From the NCBI GenBank assembly GCA_016867115.1, contig VGKG01000004.1, positions 6,536-70,535 of the forward strand: a stretch of DNA of 64,000 nucleotides, written 5' to 3'. The notes beneath the pieces were generated by a model. That model saw nothing but the letters and a program-made list of their open reading frames with translations, did no database searches and was not told where the DNA came from. The position numbers and the translations under genes were made by a program. The DNA comes from Candidatus Omnitrophota bacterium (GTDB lineage: Bacteria; Omnitrophota; Gorgyraeia; Gygaellales; Profunditerraquicolaceae). This document shows positions 56,567-64,000 of this stretch, in pieces. How positions within the stretch are numbered: position 1 is the stretch's first letter; each line of letters opens with the position of its first letter.

Positions 56567-57627
56567 AACCTCCTTACTGCCTGAAAGACTTCATCCACTC
56601 CGATTATATTTATGCACTCCCTATCCCGGTCACAGACAGGCATCCTGAACTTCCGGTAACAGGGCCGGCAGGCGATATCGCTCTTTACCACCGCATGCCT
56701 CTCTGAAGCTGGATACGGGCCGTAGACCCGCTCATCCACCGGGCCGAAGATCGATACCGTCTTTATCCCAGTGGCCACTCCGATGTGCAGCGGCCCTCCG
56801 TCATTGGTGACCAGGACCTTTAAGCGGTTTATGACCGCAATCAGGTCGTCAAGGCTGGTCCTGCCTACCAGGTCTATCGGCCTATTGCGCATAGCGTGGG
56901 CAATGACCTCCGCGATCGGCCTCTCGGATTCATCGCCGAGAATCAGGACTTTTGCGCCGAACTCATCCATGATCCGGTCCGCAAGCTTGGCATACTTGAT
57001 GGCTGACCAGTGTTTTATCGACGCCTGAGTTCCCCAGCTTCCGCCTGCGCCCGGGGCAATCCCTGCCAGGATATCCGTCCCGCCTATCCCGTAACGCCCT
57101 AAGAGCAAACCTGCCCCGGTGCGCATCCGGTCTGTCACGGGCACATACAGCTTATTGTCTTTTGGCCTAAGGTCAAGGAATTTCAATAATTCCAGGTAGT
57201 ATTCTACAACATGCTTCTCTTCATAGCCGTCGATTGTGATTTTTTCCGTAAGAAACCTTCCGCGCTTTCTGTAATCCAGGCCGATACGTCTTTTTATCCC
57301 CGCCAGTTTAGCCACTAGCCCGTAGCGGTGGTCCAGGGAAAAATCCAGCGCCGCGTCGAATCTCTCTTTTTTGATCTCGCGGAATAATCCGAGAGACTGC
57401 CTTAACCCTTCGAGAATCGACCGCTCAAAGACCTTTTTTAAGTCTCCCCGCGATAAACCTAAGACCTTATTTATATCAGGGTCGTGCTTAAAAAGATCCC
57501 TGGTGCGTTCATTACACCAGTAACCAAGATAACTCTCAGGCCAGGCATCTTTTACAGCCCGAATTAACGCAGTAGTAAATATCACATCTCCGATACCGAA
57601 AGGATTGATAAAAAGGATCTTTTTCAA
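56560..57627 (-). CDS. Glycosyltransferase family 9 (heptosyltransferase-like)
   Basis: GIGDVI, APGAG...KHW, DLVGRTSL, TNDGGPLHIG, FGP, CRPC. Confidence 0.92.
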   Translation of the reverse strand: MKKILFINPFGIGDVIFTTALIRAVKDAWPESYLGYWCNERTRDLFKHDPDINKVLGLSRGDLKKVFERSILEGLRQSLGLFREIKKERFDAALDFSLDHRYGLVAKLAGIKRRIGLDYRKRGRFLTEKITIDGYEEKHVVEYYLELLKFLDLRPKDNKLYVPVTDRMRTGAGLLLGRYGIGGTDILAGIAPGAGGSWGTQASIKHWSAIKYAKLADRIMDEFGAKVLILGDESERPIAEVIAHAMRNRPIDLVGRTSLDDLIAVINRLKVLVTNDGGPLHIGVATGIKTVSIFGPVDERVYGPYPASERHAVVKSDIACRPCYRKFRMPVCDRDRECINIIGVDEVFQAVRRLW

Positions 57628-58583
57628 AGCTTAAGCGCCTCTTTTGCTTTAATAAAGACTTCGTTCACACTGATCTCTTCTAAACTCGGCCCTGCGACGA
57701 CAATACTGCCTGCGCTCGCCGGCCCCCAGCGGACCGGGCCTTTGCCGGGCAGGTCATTGCGGAAAATAGCGACCACCGGAGTGCCGACACATGAGGCAAG
57801 GTGAACCGGGCCGCTGTCTCCCGAGACAAGGAGCCGGCAATTCGCAAGGAGCGCGCCTAATTCAACCAGTGTGGTCTTGCCGGTAAGGTTAAGGACCAAC
57901 GGGCTGATCCCTTCAAAATACTTAAGGCCCGCTTCCCTCTCCTCTTTTCCGCCGACGATGATGACCTTTAACTTCAACTCCTCTGCCAGCCTGCGGGCCA
58001 GGCCCCGGAAATATTCCAGTGGCCACTGCTTTAGCGGATCGCTTGTCCAGGGATGCACTGCCACAAGGGGTTGGCCCGCTACACCACTAAGCAGCCCCCT
58101 TGCTTCATCCGGGCTTATCTTAAGGCTTATGGCCCTATCACATGATTCAGCGCCGGCTAAACGCGCAAGATCAAGATTATAATCGATCTCATGCTTTGCG
58201 CCAAGATATTTTGTATCTTTGATCCTGCGGTTCAGAAGAAAACCCCACTTACGGTCATAGCCGACCCTTAAAGGTATCCCGGAAAGGAATGAGAGCAGAT
58301 TGATCTCCTTTGAAGGGTTAAAGATTATACAAAGGTCAAAACCTTTTTTTCTGAGCTGCCGGGCGAACCTAAGGACCTCCATAAACCTGTGCTTCCTATT
58401 CTCCCAGACGATCACCTCATCTATCGCATCAATCCTTGCAGCAAGCTCAGCATTATAAGGATTGACTGCCAGGCTCAAAGTAGCCGTACTGAATTCCCGT
58501 TTTAACGCCCTTAATGCCGGGATATTCAGCAGAAATTCTCCGAAGCGGTCATTCCTGACCGCTAAAATCTTAATTTTTTTCAT
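57624..58583 (-). CDS. Glycosyltransferase family 9 (heptosyltransferase-like)
   Basis: RNDRFGE, VHP...KQWP, LTGKTTL, SGDSGPVHLA. Confidence 0.9.
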   Translation of the reverse strand: MKKIKILAVRNDRFGEFLLNIPALRALKREFSTATLSLAVNPYNAELAARIDAIDEVIVWENRKHRFMEVLRFARQLRKKGFDLCIIFNPSKEINLLSFLSGIPLRVGYDRKWGFLLNRRIKDTKYLGAKHEIDYNLDLARLAGAESCDRAISLKISPDEARGLLSGVAGQPLVAVHPWTSDPLKQWPLEYFRGLARRLAEELKLKVIIVGGKEEREAGLKYFEGISPLVLNLTGKTTLVELGALLANCRLLVSGDSGPVHLASCVGTPVVAIFRNDLPGKGPVRWGPASAGSIVVAGPSLEEISVNEVFIKAKEALKL

Positions 58584-59799
58584 CCGTAAACTTTTTAAGC
58601 CCTAAGGCAAAACCTGCCAGATACCAGAATATGACTGCCAGGCGCGAAGAATAAAGGCTGCTCTCCGTAAGGCCGTTCACCAGAAAAGATACCAGGCAGG
58701 CGATCAGCGAAAGGAGCGTTACTTTAAGATAGTCGTCTTTAAGGCGTCTGTATACCGCAGCTAGGGCCAGGAATAATTGACAGAGTAGCCAAAGAAAAAT
58801 ACCTAGGCCCACCAGGCCTATCTCCGCAGCCATATGTAAAAAATTATTATGCGCATACATATAATCTGAGGTCACAATGCCGCGGTATTCGGGCAGCTCT
58901 TTATAAGAGCTGTAATTCTTCATGAAAGTGTTTGCGCCCACGCCGATGAAGGGGTGGGCCTTGATCATCTGCAGAGTATTACGGTAGGCGGCAATGCGGT
59001 CGTCATTGCACATCACCCTTAAAGGGTTGTATTCCATAAGTCTTATCCAATCCTTCACAGATTTTGGCACAAGAATTGGTGAAATAAGGGTTAAAAGGAC
59101 CAAGGCAGCAATCAAAACTTTATCTTTCCTGGCAATAGCCAGCAGGAATAGCGCAACATAAACGGCAAGCAGGGTCGGGCGCGAATAAGTCAAAAAGATC
59201 CCGGCCATGATGATCAGGCTGGCCAGCGACATGGCAAGCTTGCCAAGGCGCCTGAAATGATAAAGGGTAAGGCCAAAGACCAGGGGTGCTGCCGCGCTTA
59301 AATATACCCCCAGGTTATTGGGGTCCTTAAACGATGCGGTAGCCCGCACCAGGTCCAGGTTATAGACCGGCGGATAGCCGCGGATGAAATCCCTGCCGGT
59401 GGCTACCTGAAAGAGCGCATCTATCGAGACCAGCAGCGCGCCCAAAGACAGGGAAAAAAAGATCTTTCTGACATGGGCCTTATCCTTTATCTCGCCGGAA
59501 AGGGCCAGAAGAATGAAGATATACTGCGCAAACCTCCCTACCCCGCCTTTAAGCGAATCTTTCAGGTCGATACTGTGGATCAGGGAGAGGCAGGTGACGA
59601 TAAAGAAAAGTAAGAGCGCCCGGTTTAAAGGCGAATCCCTGAGGATTGCCTCTCTTTTGAGGATCTTTTTGAGAAGGAAAAGGAAGATCAGCATCCCCAT
59701 GAAAACATTCATGGGCGCAGGTGCGATCGCCTGGCTGAAGGGGAGCAATATGATCAGCCAGTAAATGATGAAGTCTGCTGCCTTGATGGTCTTTTGCAT
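58570..59799 (-). CDS. O-antigen ligase family protein (likely start 59799)
   Basis: RATASFKDPNNLG, TYSR, MIKAHPFIGVG, YAHNNFLHMAAEIG. Confidence 0.9.
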   Translation of the reverse strand: MQKTIKAADFIIYWLIILLPFSQAIAPAPMNVFMGMLIFLFLLKKILKREAILRDSPLNRALLLFFIVTCLSLIHSIDLKDSLKGGVGRFAQYIFILLALSGEIKDKAHVRKIFFSLSLGALLVSIDALFQVATGRDFIRGYPPVYNLDLVRATASFKDPNNLGVYLSAAAPLVFGLTLYHFRRLGKLAMSLASLIIMAGIFLTYSRPTLLAVYVALFLLAIARKDKVLIAALVLLTLISPILVPKSVKDWIRLMEYNPLRVMCNDDRIAAYRNTLQMIKAHPFIGVGANTFMKNYSSYKELPEYRGIVTSDYMYAHNNFLHMAAEIGLVGLGIFLWLLCQLFLALAAVYRRLKDDYLKVTLLSLIACLVSFLVNGLTESSLYSSRLAVIFWYLAGFALGLKKFTDEKN

Positions 59800-59800
59800 T

Positions 59801-60481
59801 TTAGGCTCCGCTAAAACGGTACTTGAACATATAATATATCGCCCACAACCCGTCAAGCCACCTGATCTTCTTGCCTTCCCTGTAGGTACGGGGATGATAC
59901 GAAACCGGGACTTCAAGGAGCCTAAAGCCTTTTTTCAGGGCGTTGCAGACGATCTCGACGTCGATATCAAAACCGTTCGCCTTAAGGTTCAGGCCGTGCC
60001 AGACCTCTCTTCTTGCCAGTTTATAGCAGGTGGCATAATCGTTCAACTTGCTTGAGAAGAGAAGGTTAAGCAGCCCGGTCAGGAAACGGTTCCCCAGGCG
60101 GTGGATGAAGAGGCCCTGATGCCCCGCGGAGAATCTTGCCCCCAGGACCAGATCCGCCTTCGCCTCTTTTAGCGGTTCAAGCAGCTTCAGGTAGTCACCG
60201 GGGTCGTATTCAAGATCCGCGTCCTGGATCACCACAAACTCTGCGGAGGCGTTCACCAGGCCCGTAAGGCAGGCTGCCCCTTTTCCGCGGTTTGAGGTAT
60301 GGTGTATCACCTTAAAATTGTCGTACTTTATCTCCCGCAGGATCTTATCCGTGCCGTCGGTGGAACTGTCGTCCACGACGATGATCTCTTTATCCAGGTT
60401 CAGGCTGTTTATCTTTTCCAATATTCCCCTGATCGTGTTCGCCTCGTTAAAGACCGGGACAATCACCGAAAGTAGCTTCAT
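59801..60481 (-). CDS. DPM1-like GT2 (polyprenol-phosphate glycosyltransferase)
   Basis: VPVFNE, DDSSTD, QDADLEYDP, EGKKIRWLDG. Confidence 0.93.
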   Translation of the reverse strand: MKLLSVIVPVFNEANTIRGILEKINSLNLDKEIIVVDDSSTDGTDKILREIKYDNFKVIHHTSNRGKGAACLTGLVNASAEFVVIQDADLEYDPGDYLKLLEPLKEAKADLVLGARFSAGHQGLFIHRLGNRFLTGLLNLLFSSKLNDYATCYKLARREVWHGLNLKANGFDIDVEIVCNALKKGFRLLEVPVSYHPRTYREGKKIRWLDGLWAIYYMFKYRFSGA

Positions 60482-60482
60482 T

Positions 60483-61181
60483 TTAACCCTTTAGCCTCCT
60501 TGAGATAGCCCAAAAATAAAGTTTAATGTAACTTGGCAGCAATCTGAATATTTTAAAGCTGGACCTGCCCGCGGTACGTTCTCTCCATGTCGTCGGCAGC
60601 TCCGTGATCCGGAAACCCGCGTAATAAGCCTTAAGCGGCAGCTCCATGGAGATCTCAAACCCCCGGGCATCGCTTTTGACCGAATCCAAGACTTTTTTCC
60701 TGTACATCTTAAAGGCATTGGCGATATCATGCGTGGGCAGCCCCAGCAAAAAAGACAGAGACCTTCCTCCCCAGCAGGATAAGAAGCCCTTCAGGCGCGA
60801 ACCGCCCAGCCTCTTCCCGCCCTTCGTGTAGCGCGAGGCGCAGACGACGTCGTAGCCGGCGTCAATCTTCTCAAGCATCGGCCCGAGCAATCTCAGGTCG
60901 TCGCAGAGGTCAGCCATCACCGGCACGACCACCTCTGCGCTTGAGCTGGCAAAACCGGTGCGCAGGGCATTGGCAAAACCCTTTTCCGACCTGTTTTCCA
61001 CCAGCCGGATATTTTTATATTCCTCTGACAGGCCTGCGACTATCGCGGCGGTTTGGTCGCTCGAATGATCGTTGACCACTACCAGCTCATGAGGAACGTC
61101 CAGCGAATCCTCGATCCTGCGGATTACCGAGGCGATATTATCCTCTTCATTATGGCAGGGCACGATAACGGATAATCTCAT
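60483..61181 (-). CDS. DPM1-like GT2
   Basis: VPCHNEE, NDHSSD, MADLCDD, ASRYTKGG, ERTAGRS. Confidence 0.92.
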   Translation of the reverse strand: MRLSVIVPCHNEEDNIASVIRRIEDSLDVPHELVVVNDHSSDQTAAIVAGLSEEYKNIRLVENRSEKGFANALRTGFASSSAEVVVPVMADLCDDLRLLGPMLEKIDAGYDVVCASRYTKGGKRLGGSRLKGFLSCWGGRSLSFLLGLPTHDIANAFKMYRKKVLDSVKSDARGFEISMELPLKAYYAGFRITELPTTWRERTAGRSSFKIFRLLPSYIKLYFWAISRRLKG

Positions 61182-63241
61182 CTTCTGACCTTATAGATGC
61201 GCACGGTATCGTTATTAAAGACGGGGTTGAAGGCTTCCGGATGAGCCTTTGCCCAGCCGTCTTCAACGGGAAACGCGATATCCTTGGTCTGGTGCAGGGA
61301 ATAAATAAAAAGGTAGTCGGTATTGCGCCGCAGCAGATTGCGCAGCCACACGCCGTATTGCGCGTTGCCGCGGTAGTTTCCTTCCGCCTCCAGGTTCCGG
61401 TGCAGGCTTAGAAAATCATAGCCCCAGACATAGCGGCTGTCCTTGAAAAAGTGCAGCTTGACCGGATCAGTCCCGTTCACCGACACGTAATAAACATTGT
61501 TCTTAAAGTTCGTACCGTAGAGCGGAAACGGGACCGGCCTGCCCGCATAGGCGATATTATTTCCGGCGGTATTATTATTGAGCCAGTGCCAGGCCCTGAC
61601 CGCGTCAGGCCAGAAACCCGAATATTTTACCATTTTTATATAGCGCTGGAACTCGTTTTTCAGATACCATTTTTCCAGGAATATCAGGCCGGCTGCCAGG
61701 AGCAGCACCGATAAAAAGATCCTGACTGAAGTGATCCTTGGCCTTTTTAGCCTGATGAACCGGACGGAAAGCATGATCAGGATGAATACCGTAAAGGTAA
61801 GGAGCATGGAGGTCACCAGTTCCTGGCGCTTGGCCAGCTCAGACATGGAAGCCAGCGAGCAGACCAGGGCCACAACGGTGATGACCGGCCGGGGGATCCT
61901 CAGGAACTGCGCGGCATAGAAACCGAGTATCACCCCGATACCCAGGAACGGATAAAGATACCGCAGGTTCGCTAGCGGTATCACGTAACGGTAAGTCAGA
62001 TAGAGTAGTATAGGTAAGACCGCGAAGTAGATCGAGAAAAAGGACAGCTCTTTCCTCCTTTTCCATATAACAAGCCCCGGCGCAAAGAGCACCCCCGAGA
62101 GGACCAGGACCAGGGTCTGCACTCCCAGGCCTTCATGGAATAAGGCCTTGGTAAGCTTATAATCCTCCGGCTTAAAATGCGCACGGTAGGTATTCAGGTC
62201 CATGGCCCCGTTAAAAATGACCCTGCCGAAAAGCTTGAAATCAAGGGGATACAAAGGATTGCCCGTCTCCAGGAAATTGCGGATATAGCTGAACCCGCCG
62301 AGAAAAATCAGCGCGGGTATGATCATGAAAATAAAGTAGGCCCTCTTGATATCCCTTAAAAGGAGGTAGGCCAGGGGCACAAAAAGCAGGAATGAATACG
62401 GCAGGCCTACGGTCTTAGTACCAAGGAGGAGGCCCAGGCCTAGGGTGTAAGCAAATACGTTTTTCCGGTTAAGCTCCCTGTCCAGCTCGAATAAGAAGTT
62501 CAGGCAGGCGAAAAAGAGGCCCGCCACCATCATATCTACGTAGGCGATCTGCAGCTGTTTAAAGAAATTGGGGATGAGGGCAAAGAGTGCGGCGGCATAG
62601 AAGGCATGCATCTTATCAAGCCCGGCCTTGCGGGAAATATTGAAAATGCAGAAGAAGGCCAGGATAAAAAAGGGCAGCTGGCCCAGGTCCGCAAGGAAGA
62701 CATTCTTAAGCGGGAATATGAACCAGAGAAAATAAAGGCTGCCGTTTATGGGGTAATAGGTGGGGCTGGGGTCATCAAAGACGGTGATGGGGGTGTTGAG
62801 GGTGCCGGATTTAAGCCACTCCACGGCAAAGGTGAAATGGTAATTCAGCGAATCCCAGCCAAAAGGCGGATTAACCAGATTGATGGCGATCTTCACCAGG
62901 CCGAAGGAGGCGATGGCAGTGATCAGGAAAAGGGCGGGTTTCTGGCTCAATACGCCGCTGAAAGCCTTAAGCAGCCCTTCCGGATCAAAGCTGGACTCTC
63001 TTCTTCTGGCCGATAACCAGACCGCCAAAAAGACCGCCAGGTTCAGCAGAAAGAGGTTATTCAGGAAAAGCAGGCCGGATATGCCGAGTATCAACTCAAC
63101 CGAGATGACCTGCGCAAGGAAAAGCAGAAACCAGAGAATCAGGGAATCAATAAAATCAGCGGGCCTTACCAGCCTATAGGTGACAAGGGATGCGCTTGCA
63201 GCTACCGGCAGGTTCAGCAGAAAAAAATTAATAATACTCAT
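61178..63241 (-). CDS. Multi-TM membrane protein, probable GT-C-fold glycosyltransferase (likely start 63241)
   Basis: WDSLNYH...W, YP.NG, YVD, GTK, YIRN...GNPLYP, RYLYP; next to two DPM1-like GT2s. Confidence 0.65.
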   Translation of the reverse strand: MSIINFFLLNLPVAASASLVTYRLVRPADFIDSLILWFLLFLAQVISVELILGISGLLFLNNLFLLNLAVFLAVWLSARRRESSFDPEGLLKAFSGVLSQKPALFLITAIASFGLVKIAINLVNPPFGWDSLNYHFTFAVEWLKSGTLNTPITVFDDPSPTYYPINGSLYFLWFIFPLKNVFLADLGQLPFFILAFFCIFNISRKAGLDKMHAFYAAALFALIPNFFKQLQIAYVDMMVAGLFFACLNFLFELDRELNRKNVFAYTLGLGLLLGTKTVGLPYSFLLFVPLAYLLLRDIKRAYFIFMIIPALIFLGGFSYIRNFLETGNPLYPLDFKLFGRVIFNGAMDLNTYRAHFKPEDYKLTKALFHEGLGVQTLVLVLSGVLFAPGLVIWKRRKELSFFSIYFAVLPILLYLTYRYVIPLANLRYLYPFLGIGVILGFYAAQFLRIPRPVITVVALVCSLASMSELAKRQELVTSMLLTFTVFILIMLSVRFIRLKRPRITSVRIFLSVLLLAAGLIFLEKWYLKNEFQRYIKMVKYSGFWPDAVRAWHWLNNNTAGNNIAYAGRPVPFPLYGTNFKNNVYYVSVNGTDPVKLHFFKDSRYVWGYDFLSLHRNLEAEGNYRGNAQYGVWLRNLLRRNTDYLFIYSLHQTKDIAFPVEDGWAKAHPEAFNPVFNNDTVRIYKVRR

Positions 63242-63245
63242 GGCA

Positions 63246-63962
63246 TCACTCCCTGCAAAGTGCGATAAAATCAAGGGCCGGATCAAGGCCCTCTTTTATG
63301 ATGATAAAATCCCGGTGGTCCGCCCGGGAAAAGAACTTATCCACCGGGTTGAGCGCAGGCGGAAGGAACCTCAGGATACCGCTTTTTTTCAGCCGCCGCA
63401 TGAACTTCAGTTTCCTGCTTCTTACCAGGCCGTATATCTCAACCTCCCTGAAGAAACCCTCCAGCAGCATCCGGAAATCACTCAAAAGGTACTCCCGGAC
63501 ATGGAACTTATTCAGGGGCACCGGGCTGTTAGGAGAAGAATCCAGCTTATTGCAGGTGGAACAGATAAAGACCCCTTTTTCGTTCAAAAGGCCCTTGATA
63601 TTGGAAAGGTAATGCCGGGGTTCGTTTATATGCTCAATAACCTGAAAAGAACAGACCGCGTCGAACTTGCCTCCGATGGCCCGGCACTCCTCTGCCTTTA
63701 CCGCATAGAATTGGAGGTTATCCCGCTTGTATTTTTTCTGGGCAAGGCTGATCACCGCCGGATCGTAATCTATCCCGATCGCCTCTTTTGCGAATCCGGC
63801 CAGAAAATAGGTGCCGTAGCCTTCGCCGCAGCCGATATCAAGGATCCGCTTGCCTGCCACAAAATCTTTGGCAAAACGGTAGGCGCTGAAGTGCCGCGCG
63901 ATCATCAGGGGGGTCTCTTTTTCTAAGAGTATTCTTTCTCCGGTATTGGCGATCTGTGTCAT
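63246..63962 (-). CDS. Class I SAM-dependent methyltransferase
   Basis: TGER, ILDIGCGEGYG, FQVIEHI, NKFHVREY. Confidence 0.9.
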   Translation of the reverse strand: MTQIANTGERILLEKETPLMIARHFSAYRFAKDFVAGKRILDIGCGEGYGTYFLAGFAKEAIGIDYDPAVISLAQKKYKRDNLQFYAVKAEECRAIGGKFDAVCSFQVIEHINEPRHYLSNIKGLLNEKGVFICSTCNKLDSSPNSPVPLNKFHVREYLLSDFRMLLEGFFREVEIYGLVRSRKLKFMRRLKKSGILRFLPPALNPVDKFFSRADHRDFIIIKEGLDPALDFIALCRE

Positions 63963-64000
63963 CTTATCTCAATGAGTTTTGCGTTGATCAGGACGCCGCT
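63959..64000 (-). CDS. 3' end of an upstream CDS of unknown function
   Basis: Open frame ...SGVLINAKLIEIR* whose TGA overlaps the next ATG (ATGA). Confidence 0.5.
   Translation of the reverse strand, partial: SGVLINAKLIEIR

Overview
A 64-kb bacterial chromosomal window in which every credible gene lies on the minus strand; the plus-strand ORFs in the track are antisense shadows. Gene content and order loosely suggest a diderm uncultured lineage such as Ca. Omnitrophota (inference only). In transcription order (right to left): (1) 64.0-53.0 kb, an LPS-core/envelope block (methyltransferase, GT-C-like membrane protein, two DPM1-like GT2s, O-antigen ligase, two GT9s, DegT, GT2, gmhB, MGDG-type GT28). 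(2) priA-fmt-galT-galT-gap; PriA has degenerate helicase motifs and one GalT has lost its catalytic His. (3) A ~38-kb, generally more AT-rich surface-polysaccharide locus (46.9-8.6 kb) headed by a MarR-type regulator, with wzz/wzx/wzy/waaL, two separate CMP-ulosonic-acid modules and many tailoring enzymes. (4) Spermidine-synthase-like membrane fusion, pgk, a four-helix-bundle gene, tpiA, secG, oppABC. The most striking non-coding signal: the AT-rich four-helix-bundle (Avd/23S-IVS-like) gene between pgk and tpiA is bracketed by two 8-bp-period repeat arrays in inverted orientation (28/35 complementary by hand alignment). Orphan 7/8-bp arrays with different units sit at the neighbouring gene junctions, suggesting a repeat-flanked, junction-targeted cassette system that leaves scars. 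No rRNA, tRNA, CRISPR array, transposase or integrase was recognised. All product calls come from motif recognition by eye, not database searches.
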